64,000 nucleotides of DNA from Octopus vulgaris (Eukaryota), in assembly GCA_951406725.2 (NCBI GenBank), contig OX597837.1, positions 27,342,001 through 27,406,000 of the forward strand, given 5' to 3'. A program made the translations under genes and the position numbers. Positions 14,338 to 27,671 of the stretch are shown one piece after another (positions within the stretch are counted from its first letter, which is position 1; each line of letters opens with the position of its first letter). The notes under the pieces were generated by a model. That model was not told the origin of the DNA, made no database searches, and saw nothing but the letters and a program-made list of their open reading frames with translations.

Positions 14338-15210
14338 CTGGAGGTCTTAGCTACCAAAGGCTCCACCATAAACCTGTCGGAGAGCGGCCGGCACCTGGAC
14401 AGTTTGCTTTTCTCGACCTGACGAGTAGCATCGCCTGAGCGTGAAATTTTTTTTTCCCACGAGATTTCCGGATACCAGTAAAGCTGGAGGTCTTAGCTAC
14501 CAAAGGCTCCACCATAAACCTGTCGGAGAGCGGCCGGCACCTGGACAGTTTGCTTTTCTCGACCTGACGAGTAGCATCGCCTGAGCGCGAAATTTTTTTT
14601 TCCCACGAGATTTCCGGATGCCAGTAAAGCTGGAGGTCTTAGCTACCAAAGGCTCCACCATAAACCTGTCGGAGAGCGGCCGGCACCTGGACAGTTTGCT
14701 TTTCTCGACCTGACGAGTAGCATCGCCTGAGCGCGAAATTTTTTTCCCACGAGATTTCCGGATACCAGTAAAGCTGGAGGTCTTAGCTACCAAAGGCTCC
14801 ACCATAAACCTGTCGGAGAGCGGCCGGCACCTGGACAGTTTGCTTTTCTCGACTTGACGAGTAGCATCGCCTGAGCGCGAAATTTTTTTTCCCACGAGAT
14901 TTCCGGATACCAGTAAAGCTGGAGGTCTTAGCTACCAAAGGCTCCACCATAAACCTGTCGGAGAGCGGCCGGCACCTGGACAGTTTGCCTTTCTCGACCT
15001 GACGAGTAGCATCGCCTGAGCGCGAAATTTTTTTTTCCCACGAGATTTCCGGATACCAGTAAAGCTGGAGGTCTTGGCTACCAAAGGCTCCACCATAAAC
15101 CTGTCGGAGAGCGGCCGGCACCTGGACAGTTTGCTTTTCTTGACCTGACGAGTAGCATCGCCTGAGCGCGAAATTTTTTTTTCCCACGAGATTTCCGGAT
15201 ACCAGTAAAG
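14338..15210. repeat. Tandem array, 6 x 144-146 bp
   Basis: Units start CTGGAGGTCTT at 14338, 14484, 14630, 14774, 14919 and 15065; they differ mainly in poly-T length. Confidence 0.97.
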
Positions 15211-15639
15211 AACTCATTTGCATACAGCCAATCAGAGCTCACCTTGACCTTGTCATAACATTTGTTAAAAACAACCAATCTCTTGGTAAAACATACCCTA
15301 CCATGTAAATTCAAGGCGAAGAACGGTGTTGTAAATCGACCGATCGTTGAGTTATGCCTGATTTTAGAAGGAGACAAGTAATTAAATAGATTTGCATCTG
15401 TACCTATTATTGGATATTGTTAGGACCCCATATGGTAAAGATGTGGGTAGGAAAGATGTGGGTAGAGGGTGATGTGATAGGAACTCTCTCCCTTTACTGT
15501 TTTACAAAGTAAACAACACAAATAACTCCGCAGAGACAGCCACGGTTGAAACAAGAACAAGAACAACAAGCATTATTAAAAGAGAAAAGAGGCATGTTCA
15601 GTCCTTACTCAAGTGATTTCATCTTATCCTCATCATCTG

Positions 15640-16025
15640 TTAAACGCTCATAAATTAGTTTGAAGGCTGAACTCTGATTGGCTATTCTGCAAATGAATTC
15701 ATAACTGGGATCCGGAACTCTTGTGGGGAAAAAAAATTTCGCAGCCTGGGCTGATACCCGACTACACCAAGTTTCCGCCGGAGAAGGTGTCACGGCATGT
15801 GACATCCCAGATGAGGAGCCTGTCGTCACGAAACAGGAAAATTGTCATACCGTCCGGCGTTCTGATCCGGGAGTCAAGAACGTAGGGAGTTTCCACTGCC
15901 ACAGGTTCAGCCACAAACCTGTCAGAGAGCGTTTAGTACCTTGACAATTTGCTTTTCTCAGCCTGACGAGTAGCGGGGCCTGGGCTGGTAGCTGAACACA
16001 CCAAGTTGCTGCTGGAGAAGTGTAG
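15640..16025. repeat. Diverged relative of the array-bearing element (inverted ~85 bp arm plus ~233 bp direct unit)
   Basis: 15660-15743 is an inverted match to 15167-15250; 15862-15988 is a direct match to 14318-14440. Confidence 0.75.
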
Positions 16026-16349
16026 CAATTAGTGTAAGGGTTAATAGAATAAGGGCAATGGAAGGACGAAAATGAAGAGGGGTTGTAAGGCCAAAAATAA
16101 AGGTGACATGAAGCCAGCCAACTTTCATTCAGTCCGTGGAGCTGAGAGGGACTAGAGACGAAGTCTAACACTCAGTAACAACAACAACTATAAAAAAATT
16201 GTTGATGAATTATGTCACTAATAATAAGAGAAAAATAACGTATGACTTCCGGTAAGGATGTATTGAAACAATACTCTTCCGGTTTAAGATTCATGTGACA
16301 GTGAGAAGTCAAAGTAATGTGGGCAGAATAAATCGGAAATAACTTATAC

Positions 16350-16602
16350 TGGTGGTGGTGGTGGTGGTGGTGTTGGCGATCATGGTAGTGATGATGGTGG
16401 TGGTGGGAGGGGTGGTGGGTGGTGGTGATGGTGGCGGTGGTGGCGGTGGTGGTGGTGGTTGTTTTGGTGGTGGTAGTTATGGCGTTGGTGGTAGTGATGG
16501 AGGAGGGGTTGGTGACAGCGGTGGCGGCGACGGCGGCGGCGGCGGTGGTGGTGGTGGTAGTGGTGGTAGAGGCGGTGGTGGCGGCGGTGGTTGTGGTGCA
16601 GG
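16350..16602. repeat. (GGT/GGC)n trinucleotide tract
   Basis: Direct reading. Confidence 0.9.
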
Positions 16603-16968
16603 TGGATATACAAAACAAACAAAAAAAAAAAACAACAGTGATACTATATTCAACAGGGAAATTCCGTAATAACTTATTTCAAAAAAAAAACATTGATACT
16701 ATGATAGATTGCCCAGCTTCCGGTGGGACTTGTTACATTTCCGGTCTGTGTCAGCAACATTCCCTTACCTCTTTTTTTTTCTTTGTTCTTTCTTTATTCA
16801 TTTATTTTCTATTTATTCATTTGTTTCAACAATATGGAGAGACAAACAAACAAGATAGAAGGCGAAATATGCTGTTTGTACGATTCAGAGTGGAAATATC
16901 TGAGTATAGAAGGCTTCACTGCCGTGTTTATTGCCAAAACATTACTTAATATATCCAGGGTTTGTATT

Positions 16969-17179
16969 TCTTTTACTCTCTTTTACTTGTTTCAGTCATT
17001 TGACTGTGGCCATGCTGGAGCACCGCTTTTATAGTCGAGCAAATCGACCCCCAGGACTTATTCTTTGTAAGCCTAGTACTTATTCTATCGTTCTCTTTTG
17101 CCGAACCGTTAAGTTACGGGGACGTAAACACACCAGCATCGGATGTCAAGCGATGTTGGGGGGGGCAAACACAGACACA

Positions 17180-17219
<40 letters not shown>

Positions 17220-17226
17220 AACACAC

Positions 17227-17274
<48 letters not shown>

Positions 17275-17439
17275 CTACGACGGGCTTCTTTCAGTTTCCG
17301 TCTACCAAATCCACTCACAAGGCTTTGGTTGTCCCAGGGCTATAGTAGAAGATGCTTGCCCAAAGTGGCAAGCAGTGAGATTGAACCCAGAACCACATGG
17401 CTATGAAACAAAATTTTTACCATCAGCTTTACCTGCACC
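16969..17439 (-). mobile_element. SINE family A
   Basis: Full-length reverse copy; a partial second copy lies at 17483-17571. Confidence 0.9.
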
Positions 17440-18407
17440 ATCTGAGCAACATTTTCACGAAGTGGACAACATGTGACATCACTCATCCACTCACAAGGCT
17501 TTGGTCGACCCGAAGCTATCGTAGAAGACACTTACCCAAGGTGCCACGCAGTGGGACTGAACCCGGAACCATTTATTTGCATGTCTCCCAGTCGGGAAGT
17601 AAAAACACTTCGGAAGCTGTTTATTCAGCATTCAATTTATCCTTTCATTGGTCTGCAGTGACCGAGCCATTTTCTTCAAACAGTGACTCGCAACGTAATA
17701 AGACAGATCCTTTCCTAAATTCGTTGAAGCCCGTGGGGTTTGTTTTTATGCATTCCATTGCTCTGGTTTCTCTTTCTCCCCTCTTCTTTTAATGGAAGAA
17801 TATGACTCCTTTTTTTTATTTCTAAAAGTGCTATTTCTTTAAGTGGGACTTCTCACTGTCATTAAGTTGTTTATTTAAGCGATTTAAGATCTTTATTCCT
17901 CATCTCATAACGTCTTCCCTCTCTCAAGGAATAATATTTTTGCGTGTATCAGCTCTTCTCTCCGATAAATTTAATACATATGGCTTGTATTATTTACATA
18001 TATTCTTCCAGTTTCATGTCAACAACTTGCATAAAGAAACTCTCTTTGAACTATTTTCTCAGTCAGCGTTATACAAATCCTGGTTGGATAAAGTTTGGTG
18101 TTTTCTATGCGGTATACATCTTTGATTTGCCTTGCACCAAAGGTTGTTAGTTCTTTTACTTTTACGTTATGGTCTGGGGGAATCATTGGTGCTGCCTTTA
18201 CTTTGTGGGTCAATTCCATGTGATTAATGAAACAGAGGTTTATGATGTTGCACCGGGTCAGGTACAATATTATTTGTACCATGAACATTTTCGTGAGATC
18301 CAACGGAGATTCTGACTGATTTTGACCACGGTGTGACATTCATGAAATGATGTTACTTTCAAGCTGGCTGATGTTGGGGGGTATTCCCCCCATCAGAAGT
18401 ATATTAA

Positions 18408-19005
18408 GGTGGCGAGCTGGCAGAAACGTTAGCACGTCGGGCGAAATGCGTAGCCGTATCTCGTCTGCCGTTACGTTCCGAGTTCAAATTCCGCCGAGGT
18501 CGACTTTGCCTTTTCATCCTTTCGGGGTCGATTAAATAAGTACCAGTTGCGCACTGGGGGTCGATGTAATCGACTTAATCCCTTTGTCTGTCCTTGTTTG
18601 TCTCCTCTGTGTTTAGCCCCTTGTGGGTAGTAAAGAAATAGGTATTTCGTCTGCCGTTACGTTCTGAGTTCAAATTCCGCTGAGGTCGGCTTTGCCTTTT
18701 CATCCTTTCGGGGGTCGATAAATTAAGTACCAGTTACGCACTGGGAGTCGATGTAATAGACTTAATCCTTTTGTCTGTCCTTATTTGTCCCCTCTATGTT
18801 TAGCTCCTTGTGGGTAATAAAGAAATAAGAAACATTAGCACGCCGGACGAAATGCTTAGCGGCATTTCATCTGTGTTTACGTTCTGAGTTCAAATTCCAC
18901 CCAGGTCGACTTTGCCTTCCATCCTTTCGGGTTCGATAAATTAAGTACCAGTTGCGTACTGGGGTCGATCTAAAATTTCGGGCCTTGTTCCAAGAGTAGA
19001 AAAGA
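18408..19005 (+). mobile_element. SINE family C, tandem trimer
   Basis: One head followed by three consecutive GAGTTCAAATTCC..TTTCGGG..AAGTACCAGTT bodies. Confidence 0.88.
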
Positions 19006-19091
19006 ATATTCGTATACCTATTTGAAACATAGGTCGCGTTTCCACTACGACTTAGAATATTTAGAAATCGTCCGGCAATTGCCATTTGAAT

Positions 19092-19261
19092 ATCCGTATA
19101 GAATATCCGAATAGAATATTAGTATAGAATATTATAATAGTAGTGCTCATGAGAATTAAACTTGAGCTGGTTTAGAAGTAAATGTAAGGATTTCAACTTG
19201 AACGACATTTATTTCTACGTATGTATGTATGTATGTGTGTATGTATGTATGTATGTATGTA

Positions 19262-19298
<37 letters not shown>

Positions 19299-19800
19299 AT
19301 GTATGTATGTATGTATGTGTGTGTGTGTATGTATGTATGTATGTATGTGTGTATGTATGTATGTATGTATGAATGTATGTATGTATGTATGTATGTATGT
19401 ATGTATGTACGTACGTACGTACGTATGTATGTATGTACGTACGTATGTATGTATGTATGTATGTATGTATGTATGTATGTATGTATGTATGTATGTATGT
19501 ATGTATGTATGTATGTATGTATGTATGTATGTATGTATGTATGTATGTATGTATGTATAGTTCATAGATGAGATTCAGATATTCTCCGTATAGAATATTA
19601 TAATAGTAGTGCTTATGAGAATTAAACTTGGTATAAAAGTGAATGCAAGGATTTCAACTTGAACGACATTTATTTCTACATACATACGTACGTACGTACG
19701 TACGTACGTACGTATGTATGTATGTATGTATGTATGTATGTATGTATGTATGTATGTATGTATGTATGTATGTATGTACGTACGTACGTATGTATGTGTG
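19092..19800. repeat. Direct duplication of a ~110 bp unique block, each copy followed by a (TATG)n array
   Basis: TAGAATATTATAATAGTAGTGCT..GGATTTCAACTTGAACGACATTTATTTCTAC at ~19125-19218 and ~19590-19679. Confidence 0.85.
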
Positions 19801-20297
19801 TACGTCCACAAGCATCTATTAACTTCAACTTATGTCAATCAACCCACGCTCTTTATTTCGCTTCTTTGCCGTCTTCCCCTCGTTCCAATATTCCCACGTT
19901 TTTTTCTTCTCTTCTCTCTTGGGTGTAGACTAGGAAAACCTCCTCCAGCTGTACACACACACACACACACACACGCACACACACATACACACTCACACAC
20001 ACACTCACGCACACACACTCACACAGACACACAGACACACACTCTCACACACACACTCTCACGCACACACACACACTCACGCACACACACACACACTCAC
20101 ACATACACACACACACTCCCACACACACGCACACACACACACTCACACACACACACACTCACGCACACACTCACGCAAACACACACACTCACGCACACCC
20201 ACATACACTCACGCACACACACTCACGCACACACACACACTCACACACAGAAACACACACACTCACAAAAACACACACACACTCACACACTCACACA

Positions 20298-20328
<31 letters not shown>

Positions 20329-20926
20329 GCTGACACACACACAGACAGAAGAGACAAGTATATTGACAATCCCGTGGTGTTTGCGGTGTCATTTAAATAA
20401 GGAACAACACTCATCCTCGCACGTCTACACTTATCATCTGTTAAACATTAAATGTTGTTGTTGCTGTAGTTGTTGTTTTTTGTGGCAGCTTAGCTTCTGT
20501 TTTTTTCCATGTTTTTGTTTCTGTAATTACCCTTTTTTTGTTGTTTTTGTTTGGGTGTTGGATCTTCTGTGGCAGGCTTTAGTCACCGTGTTTTACTTCC
20601 ATTTTGGTTGTTACGTAACGACCGTTTCGCTCAAACGCCCTCACACCGTCGTCTCTCTTATCTTCTCTCTCACCTCCACCCCACATCTCACATCTTTCTA
20701 CTTCTCATTCCTTCCTCAGTCCTCCCTTCTTCATTCCACCTCCACCCATCCACCCACCCATCCACCCATCCCTCATCGATTTGTTCACCCTCCCACTCAT
20801 TGATTCGATCCTTCTATCCTTCCATCCACCCACCCACCCATCGTTTTTATTCACCATTCCATCCACCTATCGATCGATCGATCCACCGGTCGATCCATTC
20901 ATTCCTCCTTCCCTCCCTCGTTCCTT

Positions 20927-21290
20927 CCATCCATCCATCCATCCATCCATCCATCCATCCATCCATCCATCTATCTATCCAACCATCCATCCATCCATCC
21001 ATCCATCCATCCATCCATCCATCCATCCATCTATTCATCTGTCTATCCATCCATCCATCCATCCATCCATCCATCCAACCATCCATCCATCCATCCATCC
21101 ATCCATCCATCCATCCATCCATCCATCCATCTATCCATCCATCCATCCATCCATCCATCCATCCATCCAACCATCCATCCATCCAGCCTTCCATCCATCC
21201 ATCTATCCATCTGTCTATCCAACCATCCATCCATCTATCCATCCATCCATCCATCCATCCATCCATCCATCCATCCATCCATCCATCCAG
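20927..21290. repeat. (CCAT)n microsatellite
   Basis: Direct reading. Confidence 0.95.
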
Positions 21291-21424
21291 CCATTAATCC
21301 TGCAGTAAACCAATCAATCCATCGACCCATTCCACCAGTCCATCCATTGATCCATTAATCGATTGATCCAACCCCATTCATCCATCCATCCATCTATTCA
21401 ACATAAGTCACTTATACACACACA

Positions 21425-21480
<56 letters not shown>

Positions 21481-21510
21481 CTCTCTCTCACACACACACA
21501 CACAAACACA

Positions 21511-21541
<31 letters not shown>

Positions 21542-21557
21542 TCACACACACACGTAT

Positions 21558-21612
21558 ATTTCATCTGATGAAAATAATCTCGAAAAGATTCCTGAAACGT
21601 AAATAATGAAAT
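21558..21612 (+). ncRNA. Type I hammerhead ribozyme motif, slightly decayed
   Basis: ATTTCAT-CTGATGA-..AATCT-CGAAA-AGATT..-GAAA-CGTAAA-TA-ATGAAAT: 7 bp stem I and canonical boxes; stem III has one mismatch. Confidence 0.6.
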
Positions 21613-21774
21613 GTCTGCAATATCTCTAACATGTTTCCTCCCCCTCATTTCAACTCTGTGTGGTTCATCTTAACCACTTTTTATTACCCTGATTTCATAA
21701 TTACGTCATTTTTCTAAAATGAATGTCTTTCGTATATAAAACGTCTTGTGTTGTCTGGATGTTGCCTGGGAATC

Positions 21775-22010
21775 AATCCTGTCAGACAAATTTGAGAGGA
21801 AGTTTTCCCCTGCAGCCGTAGAGTCAGTCCTTTTGTATGGAACAACAGCCTGGACGCTTACAGCAAAAAAAAAAAAAATGGAATACAAGCTAGCTAGAAT
21901 TAACATCCAAATGTTAAGAGCAGTCTTAAGCATATCTTGGAGAACTTATCCCACCAAGAAACAACCGTATGGGGAGCTCTTCTCCCTTTCCAACATAGGG
22001 TAAAGGCGTT
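21775..22010 (+). mobile_element. RTE-group LINE RT C-terminal remnant
   Basis: AAVESVLLYG..AWTLT..MLRAVLSISW..PTKKQ.YGEL motif. Confidence 0.7.
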
Positions 22011-22077
22011 TGTAGTTTAACGAGACTTCTATATTGTGACATCTCGGAGAGCAACTTGTGTATTTAGAGATATCACT

Positions 22078-22129
<52 letters not shown>

Positions 22130-22212
22130 GTCATAATTCAGTTTTATTTTAAGATTTCTTACCATTAGAGAAAGAGCCGGTTTCTAACCCTGATCCAAGG
22201 CTCTTTTCAGGG

Positions 22213-22610
22213 TATGTATGTATGTATGTATGTATGTATGTATGTATGTATGTATGTATGTATGTATGTATGTATGTACGTATGTATGTATGTATGTACG
22301 TACGTATGTATGTATGTATGTATGTATGATGTATGATGTATGTATGTATGTATGTATGTATGTATGTATGTATGTATGTATGTATGTATGTATGTATGTA
22401 TGTATGTATGTATGTATGTATGTATGTATGTATGTATGTATGTATGTATGTATGTATGTATGTATGTATGTATGTATGTATGTATGTATGTATGTATGTA
22501 TGTATGTATGTATGTATGTATGTATGTATGTACGTATGTATGTATGTATGTATGTATGTATGTATGTATCTATGCAAATATGTATGTATGCAAATATGTA
22601 TGTATGTATA
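22213..22610. repeat. (TATG)n microsatellite
   Basis: Direct reading. Confidence 0.97.
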
Positions 22611-22682
22611 CAAATATATATATATTTTGTTTTATGTATGCATTCTCATGCATATAGTTGCATATCTAGACATGCTCATAGA

Positions 22683-23059
22683 CAGGGTGATTCAAAAGTC
22701 TCCATACATAGGAAAAATTTATTTTCTTATCAGAAACAGTTTATAAGATCCCCTAAATTTCCTGATCTGACCCCCTCTTGATTTCTAACTTTAGGGGCAT
22801 TTGAAAGCCATTGTGTATCACAGAAAGATAAAAGACATAAATCATTTGAAGGAACGCATCACCAACTCCTTTGCACATGTATCACCGAATGTGTTATTAC
22901 GAGTTTACTATGAGTTGGGGTAAACGTATTGCAATGTGTATTCAAAACAATGGTAACCATTTAAGAGCCTGTTAAATACAAAAAGAAAACTGTTCTTACA
23001 AACTGTTTCTTATAAAAAGATAAATTGTTCCTATGTATGGCGACTTTTGAATCACCCTG
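22683..23059 (+). mobile_element. Internally deleted Tc1/mariner-superfamily element (maT/DD37D-like)
   Basis: TIRs CAGGGTGATTCAAAAGTC..CATACATAGGAA / reverse complement, with TA on the right. Decayed PDLTP.DF..GHLKAIVY..LKERI transposase C-terminus. Confidence 0.85.
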
Positions 23060-23075
23060 TATATTTAAATGATAA

Positions 23076-23460
23076 GTGGAGGCGCAATGGCCCAGTGGTT
23101 AGGGCAGCGGACTCGCGGTCATAGGATCGCGGTTTCGATTCCCAGACCGGGCGTTGTGAGTGTTTATTGAGCGAAAACACCTAAAGCTCCACGAAGCTCC
23201 GGCAGGGGATGGTGGTGATCCCTGCTGTACTCTTTCACCACAACTTTCTCTCGCTCTTTCTTCCTGTTTCTGTTGTACCTGTATTTCAAAGGGCCGGCCT
23301 TGTCACTCTCTGTGTCACGCTGAATATCCCCGAGAACTACATTAAGGGTACTCGTGTCTGTGGAGTGCTCAGCCACTTACACGTTAATTTCACGAGCAGG
23401 CTGTTCCGTTGATTCGGATCAACCGAAACCCTCATCATCGTAACCGACAGAGTGCTTCCA
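23076..23460 (+). mobile_element. SINE family B, subtype B1, with 13 bp TSD
   Basis: tRNA-like head; tail ends GAGTGCTTCCA; ATTTAAATGATAA at 23063-23075 and 23464-23476. Confidence 0.95.
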
Positions 23461-23479
23461 TCCATTTAAATGATAAACC

Positions 23480-23914
23480 TCTGGAAAGGTTTACAAATTT
23501 TTAGCTTTCTCCTTTCTGGTTTTCAAGATTGGTATTTAGCCAGTATGTTACATATCCCAGGGTCCCAATAATTACAGATATAAACCTAAACTTGTATTCT
23601 GGATAGAGTAACTGCAAATTTCTCAATAGTTCAACATAAGTGTTCTCTTTTGCACCGATATTCCGCCTTATGTTAACATCCGCTGGACTGCTAATTTCTA
23701 CAGCTGTACACAGTTTCTCTTCTCTATCCCAAATCATTATATCAGGGTCTGTTGTGCTTACATCTTATTGAAGTTTTCACTGGTACATTCCACCCGTACT
23801 CTTTTTTTTTTTTATAAGTGGCTGTGGCTTCTACCATATTGTCGGTTTTTATTTCTTTGTCCTCGGGATTATCCTTCTGACAGATTTCATTATAGAGTGT
23901 CCTAGCTACGTCAT
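23480..23914 (-). mobile_element. RLE-type non-LTR retrotransposon remnant
   Basis: HDVARTLYNEI and PDIMIWDREEKLCTAVEISSPADVN..KENTY..ISVIIGTLGYV motifs. Confidence 0.8.
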
Positions 23915-23920
23915 GTCTTA

Positions 23921-23951
<31 letters not shown>

Positions 23952-24272
23952 ATGTATGTATGTATGTACGTACGTATGTATGTATGTATGTATGTGTGTG
24001 TATGTATGTATGTATGTATGTATGTATGTACGTATGTATGTGTGCGTGCGCGTGTGTTATTGTGTTTTGTATGTGTTCCCCACCACTGTTTAATAAGCGG
24101 TTAGGGAAATGAGAACTATAGACAGAAAATAGAATAAATACATAACTTCAATAAATAAATAAATAAATAAGTACCAGGGCGATATTTTTTAATCGAAAAA
24201 AATGGCCGATTAAAACCTTTCAAGATGGTGCCCCAGCATGGCCGCAGGATAAGGAATATTCTTTCTTGTTAA

Positions 24273-24907
24273 GGCCGGCGAGCTGGCAGAACCGTTAGCA
24301 CTCCGGATAAAATACTCAGCGGTATTTCGTTCGTCTTCATGTTCTTAGTTCAAATTCCGCCGGACTTGACTCTACCTTTTATCCTTTCGGGGTCAATAAA
24401 ACAACTACCAGTTGAGTACTGGGGGTCGATGTAATCGACTTACTCCCTTCTCCGATCTCCTGCTCCAGAGCGTCGGCTGCGGGGTCACTCCGAAAAGCTC
24501 TATCTGCGACGATTTCATCTCAATCGAAGGAGAGGGGCTTTCTCCGTCCGGGTTGCGGATCCGTGGAATAAACTGCCGGACGAGATAGTGAAGATGCCGA
24601 CGACCGCTGGGGTCACTCCGAAAAGCTCTATCTGCGACGATTTCATCTCAATCGAAGGAGAGGGGGCTTTCTCCGTCCGGGTTGCGGATCCGTGGAATAA
24701 GCTGCCGGACGAGATAGTGAAGATGCCGACGACCGCTCGGTTCAAAGTCTCTCTTGACCAGAAATGGCCTGAACTCTTTGCATGAACACCCTCCCTGTAC
24801 ACAACTCCATGTCCCCCTACATGGCCTTGCTTTTTGCTTTTTGAGCCAAAAATTTAACTTACTTACTTACTAACTTACTGGCCTTGTGCCAAATTTTGAA
24901 ATCAATA
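24273..24907 (+). mobile_element. SINE family C interrupted by a CR1 fragment
   Basis: Head and body at 24273-24453; the tail GGCCTTGTGCCAAATTTTGAAATCAAT resumes at 24880. Confidence 0.75.
24455..24879 (+). mobile_element. CR1-group LINE 3' end with 128 bp internal duplication
   Basis: RLRGHSEKL..RRRG.FSVRVADPWNKLP..FKVSLD motif; (TTAC)n tail. Confidence 0.85.
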
Positions 24908-25229
24908 TTTCTTCGTGTTGACGTCTATGCATTCAGTAAGATTTGGGAATTGTCTACATTTATCTCAGAGCAGTCTTTGCTGCGGTTGGTATTGAGCATT
25001 GCTTTAGCAACAACATCATAGCGCAATGGGAGGTAATGCCTTGATGGCATTTGTGGTGGGCTGGGGGAGCGGCTGTTGATCGTATGTGTAATGGCTTCCA
25101 CAGAAAAGTGACATAATAAACACTTCCGGTTGCTTCTTGGGGGTTTAAGGGCTTCACTGGCTCTTTTGTTCATTAAATATTTCGTAGCGACCCCCTACTT
25201 TTCGACTGTAAAAACATAAAACTTCGGAG

Positions 25230-25830
25230 GTATGTATGTATGTATGTATGTATGTATGTATGTATGTATGTATGTATGTATGTATGTATGTATGTATGTA
25301 TGTATGTATGTATGTATGTATGTATGTATGTATGTGTGTGTTTGAATGTGTGTATGTGTATGTATGTATTTGTGTTTGCATGCATGTATGCATGTATGAG
25401 GTAAAATATACGAAGCCCAGTATTACGTATGTATGTATGTATGTATGTATGTATGTATGTATGTATGTATGTATGTATGTATGTATGTGCGTGCATATGT
25501 ATTTATGTATCTGTGTATGTATGTATGCATGTATATTATGTATGTGTGTATGTATGTGCCTGTATGCATGTATGTATGTATGTATGTATGTCTGTCTGTC
25601 TGTATGTATGTATGTATGTATGTATGTGTGTATGTATGTGCCTGTATGCATGTATGTATGTATGTATGTATGTGCCTGTATGTATGTATGTATGTATGTA
25701 TGTATGTATGTATGTATGTATGTATGCATGCATGTATGCATGCATAGATGCATAATGTGCGTACATGTATGTGTATACATGCATGTATACATAGTACATA
25801 CATACGTGCGCATGTATGTACGTATGTATA
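25230..25830. repeat. Degenerate (TATG)n microsatellite field
   Basis: Direct reading. Confidence 0.9.
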
Positions 25831-26296
25831 TATGTGGTTATATGTCGTTATATATATTATAATAATACTTTATTAAGAGTTGAGGGTTCTTGTATTATTA
25901 CTACAAGTTTCACGTTACTGATTATTCAAGCAATTGAAGAAGGAAGCAACGCGATAAATATACGCAGAAATATGTGTAAATACAACGAAATGGAATTAGT
26001 CATATTCGACTAGCAGCGCATTACGCGTGTTTCGATGTTTTTGTAAATATTTATGCTTATATTTTGTCACGCTACTCCCCTCCTTTAGTAATTTTAATAA
26101 CCGGCATTGTGAAGTTGAGAGTAATGATTCAGAAAGCCTCAGCTTCTAATAAAATATACAAACTCACATTTATGTATTGAGTTCTTTCTTCTTCGTTTAC
26201 AAACACATTTACCAAACCACATATTTTTCTATAAATGTATGTATGCCGGTAATTATGTGGGCATTAGGTATGTATGCATTTCTGTGTATCTATCTG

Positions 26297-26380
<84 letters not shown>

Positions 26381-26388
26381 GCTGTCTG

Positions 26389-26461
<73 letters not shown>

Positions 26462-26766
26462 ATATATATGTGTGTATGGCTATACATACATGCACATATA
26501 TTTATGTATACGTTCATATATGGTGTATGTACATATAATTATATACATATATATGTGTGTGTAAATACACGCACACGCACACACACACATATACACACAT
26601 ATATGTACACACACACATATATATACACATATATGTACACACATATATATAAACACATATATGTACATATATTACACCCCCACCCACATATAGATATACA
26701 TACATATAAATATACATACATACATACATACATATATGTACACACACATATACACATATATAAGTT

Positions 26767-27364
26767 AAAAAACGTATAGTAAATACGCAAACGAAAAATA
26801 GACACAGAATATGGCAAGTTAAGAAACATATAGTAAATGCACAGGCAAACAGAAAATAGAAACAGAAGGTCCCCAACCCCTCAATTGTTATCGGCCAAAC
26901 GCAATTTCGCGCCTTTAACGATAATATCACTTCCCTTCTGGTGGCACCGGCAAGGGCTGTCGGGAAAATGGGACCGCGAACAGACAAACAATGCATGGAT
27001 AACAAGCAATACAGAAGTGGACATAATAGGAAAATGAACAAATGTAATTCAAAACGAGACCGTTAGAGGACGACGGACGGGGACAAAAACGAAATAAATA
27101 AACAGAATGGAGCCTTAGGACTCGATGAAGACAAGTATGGGTAACGCTAAGTGGGAAATCCTAAAGGATTGGAAACGGAAAGTCAACAAAAAGTGAAACA
27201 GTCTAAAGTAGAGAGGAGAGAAATTACGACCGATTACTTCGACGGTCGGCGCAAAAAAAAAAAAAAGGGAAGGAGAAATTGCGGTTGACTTTTTGACCGA
27301 TCACTGATGAGAAGTTGGGGATCTTCTGTGTCTGTTTTACGTTTGGGCATTTACTATACGTTTT
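26767..27364. mobile_element. Unclassified element with diverged ~100 bp inverted ends between TA-rich tracts
   Basis: AAAACGTATAGTAAAT..AGACACAGAA..TCCCCAAC..ATCGG..CGCAATTTC on the left matches the reverse complement of 27272-27364. Confidence 0.6.
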
Positions 27365-27387
27365 ATATATATATATGTGTGTGTGTG

Positions 27388-27671
<284 letters not shown>

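Noticed and set aside
14338-15210. CRISPR-like array
   Set aside because: Units are identical throughout with no unique spacers; eukaryotic context; no cas genes.
23076-23156. tRNA gene (SINE B head; also tRNA-like stretches at 2596 and ~55960)
   Set aside because: A/B boxes are present but there is no proper acceptor stem; the B head is always fused to a SINE body.
27300-27335. CTGATGA followed by a GAAG/CTTC hairpin
   Set aside because: No GAAA box after the stem; not a hammerhead.
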